A DNA stretch of 60,252 nt. Source: Bigelowiella natans CCMP2755. Taxonomy: Eukaryota > Protista > Cercozoa. This document shows positions 50,133 through 60,252 of the stretch, in pieces (positions within the stretch are counted from its first letter, which is position 1; every line of letters begins with the position of its first letter). Both the position numbers and the translations under genes were made by a program. The stretch is taken from NCBI GenBank assembly GCA_000320545.1, contig ADNK01002846.1, positions 1-60,252 on the forward strand, read 5' to 3'. The notes below the pieces were generated by a model. It ran no database searches and was not told the origin of the DNA. It worked only from the letters and a program-made list of their open reading frames with translations.

Positions 50133-51749
50133 TTCGGTGATGTAAGATAGGTCGAAGGAAAGGCTGTTAGAGTGTTGGATAGAATATCAGATCCGAATGT
50201 AAGGGCGTTTTTGCACTGCGATGTTCTTATAAAACCTGGCGCAGATGCAAAATGACAAGTGATTTTTGCAACATGGCCCCCTCCCTTTCAAAGACGCAAA
50301 ACCCCTGAAAAAGATGGTCAATCAAGAGAACGATTGCAAGAGAACACCAGCTGATCATTGGTAGCAGAGGTCTGACATCAGGACTGCTTTGCAGCAGATG
50401 CGAATCCTCTGTCAGTGGTGCCACGATGCGTCGTCATGCTCATCCCACAGCGGCCTCACATGTCGTTGCAATCTGGTGATGGGCATGGCTCGCTAGCTTG
50501 TGAAGCTCGTGATGCCATCGATCGCAATTCAGCAACGTGCGCAATGTGCAACAAGTCGCACCTGGACGTGGCTGCAGGTGGGCTGTGCGCTGAAGGATTC
50601 TGTGCCACTTGCACTTGTGGCAGTCGCTAGCTAGCTAGCTAGCTCGATCACGTTGGCTAGCAGTCACAATTTGACAATCCCAGAATGAAACAAATGACCA
50701 TTGAAAAACAGGAAACAAACTTCGTTTTGTTCGATCATTGCATCCATCTCGTGATCAAACAAATGCAAGCTTGAGCATTGTGGCCGCAGTTTTGCATGCT
50801 GGCATGCTAGCATGAACAGGCAGCCTAGCAGCTTCCTAGCTACCAAGCTAGCAAGCATCAACAGATGACGACAATTCTGGAATTCCAGATTTGAAAAAAA
50901 TCATCACGTTCATCATTCTAGCATTGTTGCATCCCATGATCCTGCTATACAGCCTGTGCTAGCATGATCGAGTGCTAGCAGCTAATGGACATCACGACAT
51001 CACAGCATCATCTCTTCACATGCTAGTTTGCGTGCCACATGCATTTCATCTGTTGTTTGCAGAGCCAGATGTGCTAGCACACATACCGCGAGCCTAGCTA
51101 GCTAGCAGGGTTCAGCAGTAGCAAGCTGGCACCCCAGAGCTCTATGTGTGCAGCTATGAGCACGGCATGGCTGTGCAATGAAAGAGGCACGATGCATGCC
51201 CGCAGTCATGCGCAGCATCGTTCTCAAATAGATCGCCAACGACTACCCAACATAGTGTTAATCGTTTTTGTCTGTTTGTATGTGTGCTTTCGAATGTTCG
51301 AATCCATCGACTTAGAAAGAACAATGTTTAAGGCAGCAGACAAAAGATCAATTATCTATACATCTTCTACGTTCGAATGGTTTCACTAAAAGAGTATAAA
51401 GGTCCAAGCTACCACTCAGTACGTCTATTATTAGAATCTACTTGCTGCTTCTGCTGCGCGAGGTGTGTACTGTTACATCTACATATAACTGTTTACTGCT
51501 TAAGATTTTGAGAGAGCAACTATTGAATCGAAACAAAAACATTTCTTTCCGGGTGAACATCCAAATGGAACGACCCCTGGAAATGACTAGTTTACAAATC
51601 CTTGTGTATTTATTCTAGCATTCTTCTAATGCTCATACGGAACTAGAGGATTCGTTATAAAGAACTGGTCAATTAATTCGCTAGGACACAGTGCTTCAAC
51701 TATACAACATAAATAGCATTGATACACCATAATTAATGGTCGTATGAAA

Positions 51750-54700
51750 TTAGGAAAGGAACATGGAAGCCACTTTGTCGCCTTCAGCGTCAGAGAAACC
51801 CATTGCGTCTCCCAGTCCCGTTTTGTAGTTGATATCTGGGAGGGAATCGGCGACCTCGTTAGTGTTGGAGAGAATGATACCCTCAGAGCGCATCATGCCG
51901 TCAGAGCGTATGATGCTGTCATGTTCGTCTGCCCCATTTACGGCTGCAGCGAAGAGGTCTGAATTTGATCCTGCAGAGACTACCGCAACCGCCGCGGCCG
52001 TTGCAGCTAATCCAGCCGCCTCTGCCGAGACTGCTGCGGAGGTGGAAGCAGCTACCACCGTGTCCGTAGTGGTCGTGTCATCTTCCGCAAAGAAGTTGCG
52101 GAGTTGCATCGGAAGCTCACCCAGCCCCAGCACATCATCCGGTCCTCCCTCTCCTCGTGCTTCAATTGCGGAGGGCGATTGATCTTCTTCGTTGATTTCA
52201 TTGGCATGCGGATTGTTTGGTTCGTTGAGGATATTGTCATTCCCTATACCAACATCCCCCGAGGTGACCTGCGCGAGCAGATCGTCGTCGGTTACTGTAT
52301 TCGCACCTGTTGGGTTTAGGCCTTGCATCTTTATGATCTCGGCCGCCAAGTCGAGCAATCTAGTGCTTTCGGGTGAAGCTAGGGTTAAAAACCTGAAAAA
52401 ACGAATTAGTATCAGCAACAGTTTATTGAAAAGGAATGTAACGATAATCTTGTAAAAAAAATTGTCACTGGTATTCTCTCCTGCGCCCTGATCTCTAATA
52501 TGCTACCGTTGAGGAGGATCGGTGTTGTGCTTGAAGGTGACGTAGTGGCCACGGAAATCGCGCATGACCGAGTCGATACTGATTCTCTGCCGAGGCGCAT
52601 TAGGGTCGCGCTCGTAGCTGTAATGTATACGATTTTTTCAGCACATACATATTTTGAAGGCAAGCTTCGATTCAATACAGCAAAGCATGATATTTACCTG
52701 CCATTTGAGGTATTCTTTCGGTAGTAGAAACCAGTGGCATGGGATCCATCCGAAGGTTGCCCGCATTCAAACAGCCAAAACTTCTCCCCTGGTTAGCGGT
52801 AAAAATCAGTAAGTAAAAAAACCAAAAGCATCTGCGAAAGATTAAGTCAGCTTTTAGTATTATACTTACCATCAACGGAACTCGCTCCGGCAAATATAGC
52901 CAGGATTTCCCCTGCACTGAAGATGCCTGAGCCTGATCCCACCTTCTGGAGGCCGTCGTCACTTGGCATTGGCGATCTTGACCTAGATGACGATGGGGAA
53001 ACATCCTTCCGCGTTCTTGCTCGTAACTCGTGCTTTCCGTTCATTTTACCATCAACCTCTGCGTATTCCCGCTCTCGTGAACGAGAGCGGCTCTTCGCGA
53101 CACTTCCGCTTTTCTTCCTTCCACTGTCCTTTTTCTTTGAGTTGCTATCTCTTTTCTTCTTAGCACTTCCTTTATCGCTGTCCCACCCTTTGTCAATTTT
53201 TTTCTTCACCTTATCATCCCCTACTTTCTTCATGGAGCTTTTCTCATCCTCACCAGTATCTACACGACCACCCTCGTCCCGGTCCACAGGGGAGCGTTGC
53301 GACTTATTTCGCATGCGGAAGGCCTTCAGCTGCAAAGCAAAGATCTCGTTGAAGTTTCCCTTCTCCATCAAACGGTAGTTCTTAGGCTTTGCACGTCGAG
53401 AGGACCTGGGGGTGAGATCATCACACCACGGTACAGCTGGTTTTGGTTTTGACAGAGCTTGCACACCTCCTGTAGGCCCCCGGTTTACAGGAGTAGAAGA
53501 TGATTCCGACGGGCCCGATTTTGGCGGTGACCGTGAAGTACCGTTCAGCTTCAAAGGAGTTGGACGCTTTGACTTCTTCGCAGGTCTTTTCCGTGTTGGT
53601 GCAGCTCTGAACGAAGACTTTTTGGTCTCATGTTCCTCATCAGTCTGCCCCTGCCTTGCTTTCTCAACACTGAGAGGAAAGTTCGTCTTCGTACGCGCAC
53701 CGCGAAGTTCACGAGCCTTTGCGTCCCAGGCTCTAGCGGCCAATTCGGCCGTCTCGTATGAGCCAAGGTGCATTCGTATACCGTTGTGAGAGATGCATGC
53801 TCTCCATCGCTTCCGCTGCGGCCATATACCTATGTATACTCCATTTGAAGCAACCAAATCTTTTTGTCTTGTTCGATCAAGCTTCTCTCCTGCTGAGCGA
53901 GTACTATAATCTGGACGCGGGCGCTTATTTGCAGCTTTCTTTCTTCGCATCTCAGATCTCCTCTCACTCTTCCCTTCACCCGCGCCATCATTTTCCCCCT
54001 CGCTTCCACTCTCGTTTATATTTTGTTCATCTTCTTCGCAATCCCTCGCATACTCGTCACTTCTTCCGATGTCTTTTTTCTCATTTGCACTGTATTCTTT
54101 CGTCTTCTGAAAGTGGGTATCGTCTTCATCATCCTCCAATTCAGCTGTATGAGTGTGAATCCGAGCGAGGTTCTTCAGAGGTAGCCAGGTGTCGAATTTC
54201 TTATTCCAGCCTCTAAAATGCACGAGAGCTGTCATATTTCGCCGCCCCCGCTCTCTGCACTTAACCTCCAGAACCTTAGCAAGCCACCACCTGCCGTCCC
54301 TATCTCGTGCATCAAGTCTTAGGCCCACCTTGACCTCAGATTGAAGTAGAGTCCCGTCGTCAGATTTATCGGACTTTCGGGAGGAGGTGTCTTGTTCACT
54401 ACTTCCTTCAGAAGAGTCATTTTCCTTCCTTTTTATACATTTTCGAGAAACACCTAGTTGGAGTTTTGGTCGACGAACCGAAGGAACATTAGGCATGTCG
54501 CGCTGTGGCCATCCCATCCTCTTTCGGTATTCTGAGATTGCATCCCAGGCTTCACCTTCTGTGATAAAGTAGCCGATGTGCATCTTTATTCCTTGGTGAG
54601 ACGTTTCCGCTTCGAATCGTTCCCGATGATTGGACCAAGACACGCCAGGAAGCTTCCTGGTTGGACGCCTTGATATTCTTTTGCTAGCACGGGAAGGGGC

Positions 54701-56108
54701 AGAACTAGGATGACGTTTTGGTGTTGCTCCAATAGACGCCTTACGAGAGGGCTTAGGCGTTGTTAAGTGCTTGGGGGTTGACTTTTCCTTTCTCGAGTCC
54801 GGCTCCTGCATTAATTTTGCTTTTCTCAAGTCATGCTCCTCTAAAGCACTGAGCTGCGTGTAGCTCTTTTGATGGGCCTTAAGTTCCTAATTATAATGAA
54901 AAATAAGGTGTGACTAGTGGACTTATTTTCAGTTGAGTTACGTGCACACTCACCGGGTCATGGACCGCAACATATCCGCCTCGACGGAAAATAGGGCTAA
55001 GTCGAGTAACCTCTTTCTTTTCGCGTTGAGGACGTGTTCTTAATTGAGATACATCGTTGTTCACGGACGATACTCTTGATATTTTTTTGCTGAGACTCTC
55101 ACCCTATGAATTATAGAGCAGATGAGCTTCAACTGGCAAATACTTTTACACTTAAGATTAACCTGGTCGAGTCGTCGTCGTTTCACACCGTTTTTCTTGG
55201 GCCAGGTATGAAGAAGTTGGTGACTATTTGGGGAACTATTACTTCGAGATTTTCGAGTTATATCTTCTTGTCGACGTTTATTTTTTGCAATGTGGGCTGG
55301 AAGCGGTCCCTCCGCTGTTTTAACCCATGGATTCTTCCCAGACCCAATAGGGACCATTCCCTTACGTTTGAATATAGGGGATAGACGTTTCACCTGCTTT
55401 ATATGCCTTCGAGGCCTCCCGTTATTGACGTTCGATTGCTTTGATCTGCGAATGTTAGATAACACTAATGAGAACCTGCTTAACAAGGTTGGATACATCA
55501 CATTTATTCAGTGGAATGATGCAATTCCGTTGTGGTTAAACTTACACGAAGTCTGTCACAGCATAATTTGAGCACTGATACTTCTTTGAATAGTAACTTT
55601 TCCAGTAGGATTTCCAACGACTCAAAAGGATCTTACGAGGTACACCTCGCCCCTTAAATACGTCAGCGAACGCACCGTAGCTGAGTGGTTCTGATTTCTC
55701 GTAGAGAATTTCCATGAGGTCCTCAATAGCGACTTTTTGGAACCCATTCTTGGGGGGGCGGGATTTAGTGACTTCGGGTTTTGTTTGTCGACCGGATCTC
55801 TTAGTTGATGGTTTCTTGTCAGTGTCCTCCTCAGATGATTTGCTTTCGAGAACCTTGATAGGTGGTCCATTTGAAGACCCGACAGGATGCGGAGATTTCG
55901 AAATATTTTGCTCCTGTTCCTTGGGATCTGTTATATCATGAATTTGCTTGTTCTTGTGGATTGGCTTGCAACTCCCAATCTCTCCCATTTCTTCGCGTTG
56001 CCCCTTTTTGTTGATTATTGGAACTACGGCTTGCGCCCCGAGTGCGACTTCGGGAGGCACGGGGGTCGTGAGTTGGGTTTCCAACACAACGTTACTACAC
56101 TTTGTCAT
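51750..56108 (-). CDS. AP2-domain transcription factor with two AP2 domains, a Tudor-knot/chromo-barrel-like domain and a possible FHA-like C-terminal region
   Basis: ORF 52847-54829: LPGVSWSNHRERFEAE..MHIGYFITEGEA (AP2-like), VGLRLDARDRDGRWWLAKVLEV..LVHFRGWNKKFDTW (Tudor/chromo barrel), YIGIWPQRKRWRACI..HLGSYETAELAARAWDAKARELRG..TNFP (AP2). Linkage to flanking exons (55542-56108, 55061-55490, 52412-52800, 51750-52392) is inferred from splice sites. Confidence 0.8.
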
Positions 56109-58214
56109 ATGTCAGAGAATCATACTCTATTCGAACGAGGAGCGAAGGAATACAGAAGAGGGCCCGGGGGGGGTGGAAACGTAAGCCCGCTATCACGATT
56201 GGAAAGTTAATCGAGCTTTGGTGGGGGAAGTCGTAAATCGCGCGATCATGGATACAATGAATTTTACTCTGTGAGTCGGGTAATGTATTTGTCGTTCATA
56301 AATTTTCTACGTCGATTGCAATATTCAACGCTCTACGATAGGACTTACCGATATCGTAATGGAGAATTTCAGTTCTTGGAGTTAACAAACGACTGGTGAG
56401 ATTTCAACTCAACATTGTGCCTTGAAGTGGCATCCAATGACTATTTTGTGGATAATCGAAATAATGTAGATATATATGGGCACGAAGACCATTAATTTCG
56501 TAGTTTATCACCGATTTGGTACGAAATACGATCTGAATATTAATGATCCCCAATATTACCATTTTTATCAATTAGCATAAAAAACTAAATGTAAATATAC
56601 CTAGTTTTATGTATAAAATACAAATTATCCGGCATTCTATACATTTCAACCCTAAATCCCGAGGCTGTTATGAGATGAATTCTTCAATAGGATATGTGCA
56701 GAAGATTCAGTACAAGCTCACACGGTCCTACGCATTCCGGGTATACAAAATCGGAAAGTAGCGACAATTTCTGAAAGAATCTCCTTTTTAGCAAGAAAAA
56801 GATCCGGGAGTCCGGTACTTTGGAACAGGGATTCCAAATTCATAGACTGAGAGCCGAAGATCCTGTATTTTCCGCCAACACGTTCGTTTATTTTTCGGCA
56901 TGATTTTGCCTTAATATGTTTCCAGGTGTAAAATCTGCCCGGTTCATGTACAAATCTGAAATCAGGGGCAGATTATATCTATTACGACAACATGTTTCCA
57001 TGTCTCTTTGTATTATCATATTGACATACAGATATATCGCACAAAAATTACTCCGGTGAATTTTTAATTGATAAATTCCACCCTTTTTGATGTGCTGACG
57101 GAATTGGCACAATCTTTCAGATTTGGGGATTATATTCAAACGCAGTCAATACGTGATAACGGAATATTTATATGGGGTATTTCCCCAGAATATCACATTT
57201 TACGTATACTAAACCAAAATATGCCGCTATAGACAAAGATCACAAATGAAATATGATCTCAAACTATGACTATCGAGTTCATAGATTCATAGACCCAACA
57301 TAAGCTGCCTAAATTATTAAAAATAACCACATTTTATATCAAAATCAAAACTATAACAGCGAAATATTCAAATACCCCATGTATATTATCTCATCAAAGT
57401 CGACACTTGTGCTGAAGGTTAAACTTACACGCGTCAAATACGTTCTACGCCACTCGCAAGTCACATTTCGAAACCGGGCATATCTGTGGAAATCACAATG
57501 TAAACGAATCATCAAATAACAAATCCTGGTCATTTTCTACTGAGATTCTAGTGAGATTCATCAAATTATCTGAGCAAAACTGTGCCAAAAAAGAGAAATT
57601 CTCTCGCCCATGGGGTACATGTGCCGAAATGTTCAATTCAGATCTAATTGCAACAAGATGCTGCACGAAGCGGCCCTTTTTACATAGAAAGTCTCTAACT
57701 ACATGTTTCTGTGTTAAATAGACTGTGACATTCCATTCGTAGCCAAAATATCAGTGCGATACAGGCGTGTATTCAAAATCTTAATTTTTGTACATTTCAT
57801 GGGTTTTTATGCCGGCCACTGTGCACACGCGCAATTCCTACAAGCTCAAAAAAATATGGGCGTTTATGAAGGAGAGACATCCTATTCCGGATCCCCGTGA
57901 TTCACATCAAATCCCTGAAAGCATTAACTCCTACGATCTCTGCACCTCTGAAATTCTCCCACTACCTTGGCCCTACCCACATCCGACAGAGTCTTTGGAA
58001 GCCCTGCAAAGGCTGTGGTAGGTGTAGAGAGACATATGTTGCAGCACACGCATGTTCCTACGTATTACACCCAATGTTTTTCCTCCTCGAGCTCACTGCA
58101 TCTATCAGTCTCATGTCTCTCCCATCGTGACCCGACCGACCATGAGTGCATGATTTTCCGATTCTCAAATCCCAATCCTGCTCAGCAAACGCTTGGAGGC
58201 TCGGTCGGACGGAC

Positions 58215-59214
58215 ATGGAATCGAAATTCAGCGTTAATGGTAGCAACCAGCACGCGGCTATTATAGATGATTTCCTCGCAGACCTGACAGTTGACGGCGG
58301 TGGCGGTCCGGAGACGAAGAGCGAAATCGAGGGAGCAGATGAGGCCGAAGCGACTCACAAAAATATGGTACGCGATCGCGACCAAACAGGCCAGGAACGA
58401 ACCGCAAACAAAGGTAAAAATCAGTTTCATCATGCTGTGGATGTATGCTTAATAGTAAATATCCTTATTCTCAGTTTCGGACGATATGAAAGGCGGAGAA
58501 GGGGAGCCATTCGAGAGAACTGCGTCTGCAGCCTCCTCCCCTGAGGCTACTAACAGTATAGATGAAGAGCGATTCATCTCTACCAAATTAGAAGGGGGAT
58601 CAAACTCTGGTACGGATCTCATAGAAAGGAGGACTCAAAATTATCAGCAGCAGCAGCAACAGGGAAAGAGCGCAACTGAGCACTCCTCCTCCTCGCCAAG
58701 AGTAGAGTTATTTCATAACGAAGAACCCCATGGAAAGGTGCATGAAAGATATCAGGTAGAACATCATGTCAATGAAGAGAATGCAAGGGGCGACCTCGCG
58801 GATGTACCCGGTCAAGCTGAAGGAGGCCCTTCCTCCAGTAGGGAGACGATAGATGGCAGAGAAAACGATATCCGGCAGTGCGATGAGCATGATCGTGATA
58901 ATGCTGGAGGCAGCGCCCTCGCGGCCGTAGGCGGAAAGGATGCGAAGGCGGCAGCAGGCACCGCGTCCCTCCCGACCGCCTACGATTTAATAGAGCGCGT
59001 GGAAACCTACAATTCACCATCCGCCGTGCTGGCTGAGGAGGCCGAGGACGATGATGACTGGCCTGCTCTGCAAAACGTGCTCGTAGGGGTCCGAAACCTT
59101 ACCAGAGAGCTCAAATGGGAAATCGCCAAGGCCGAGGAGGCCACACGAGCGGGTGTGCGCGAGCACCAGGCCCGTATCAGCAGCGTTACCGATGAGATTG
59201 ACCAGCTCAAAGCC

Positions 59215-59250
<36 letters not shown>

Positions 59251-60252
59251 TGGTAGTGGTGGTAGTGGTAGGAGGATAGGGAGGAGGAGGGAGAAAGAGG
59301 AGGAGGAAAAACCTATAACAATTGTGTATGGCAATGTCGTCTTTTGTCAGGTACACTGCTATTATGGAAAGGAAGAAGGAGAAGGAGATGGAGAACAAAG
59401 AGGCGCTTGCAGCCTTGAAGGCGGAGGAGTAAGCTATAACCCTAACCCTACATCATCCGCATGAGAGTTGTGAGAGTTAACAAGCCGAGAGGGAGAAGCG
59501 GCATTTATAAAAAGGAAGAAGATAAAAGGAGAGTTCCCTCGACGTGCCGAGAATATCCACGACCGCATCTCCAAAATCTCTCTCTCCCTACCTTTCCAAA
59601 CGCGTTCGGCGCCGCTAATGCTGCTGATAAATGAGGTGTTGACCAGCTGTTCTCTAGCCGGGCAATCAGGCGACACCACGATGCCCTATTTTCCTCCTTT
59701 TGCATCTTCTTCCTCGTCCGTTCATTCTTTCACTGCCTACTACCGCTCAGGGAGACGGGTGCTGAGCTGGAGAGCAACGTGGCCTTGTCGAAGGAAAACC
59801 TTGAAACGCTAACATCAAGGTAGCAGCAGCAGCAGTAGCAGTAGTAGTGGCAGGTAGGGCGAGAAGAATAACTATCGTGCGGCAATGGAGGAGGAGGAGG
59901 AGGAAAGAACGCGGAACATTGACGAGGAGGAGGGGGAAGAGGAGGAGGGGGATCCCATGCATGCTTACCATATTCTGTTTTATTGCTCCCCGACGCATCC
60001 CCCCCCCCCCACACCGCTTCATTGACGATAATATGTTTGTGCGTCTATGCAGATCCGCATGGCGAGGATAGGAAACTACGTGAGTCGAAATAACTTATTT
60101 AATTCATTCATTGTAACACCCTCTTTTCCTTTCATCACTCTGCACTACCAGTAGAGTCAGATCAATTTACAGAGAAAATCTCAACAAAGCGAGAAGCCTT
60201 CAAAAATCGATCATGACTCGGGGTTTGTCTGGATGCCTTGGGCCACACTCTC
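58215..60252 (+). CDS. 5' exons of an uncharacterised acidic/coiled-coil protein running off the right edge
   Basis: ORFs 58146-58544 and 58486-59220 are joined by a GT..AG intron (about 58413-58474); further exons near 59351-59429 and 60053-60079. Confidence 0.5.

Noticed and set aside
59437-59450. (CCCTAA)2 telomere-like seed, together with 44472-44491
   Set aside because: Only 2-3 units inside introns; too short to imply a chromosome end or healing event.

Overview
Eukaryotic nuclear DNA from an intron-rich, microsatellite-rich protist (GT-AG introns of about 60-400 bp with (CT)n, (GT)n and (TAG)n tracts). The style is chlorarachniophyte/SAR-like, but that taxon call is a low-confidence inference. 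Recognisable genes are MPP10, cathepsin B, a bacterial-type C5 DNA methyltransferase fused to a CCCH zinc finger, an AP2 + Tudor/chromo-barrel transcription factor, an ankyrin-SAM-caspase-like protein with tandemly duplicated one-repeat exons, a multi-cold-shock-domain protein, a type II membrane glycosyltransferase-like protein, several unknown genes, and a dead PIF/Harbinger-like DNA transposon (6599-10376). The main discovery is not a gene but two mutational signatures. (1) Kilobase tracts, including the whole transposon, have lost almost every TpA dinucleotide through A:T->G:C transitions on both strands (TA->TG, CA or CG), with TAG and especially CTAG spared. This looks like a targeted hypermutation or genome-defence process running in the opposite direction to fungal RIP. 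Its direction is supported by Tyr->His/Cys changes in conserved transposase motifs, by reciprocal CA/TG differences between tandem copies, and by abundant retained CpG. (2) More than 20 exact N4-CTAG-N4 motifs (a 4-bp direct repeat around CTAG) behave as 8-bp insertion scars; one frameshifts the transposase. All counts were made by eye and need computational confirmation.
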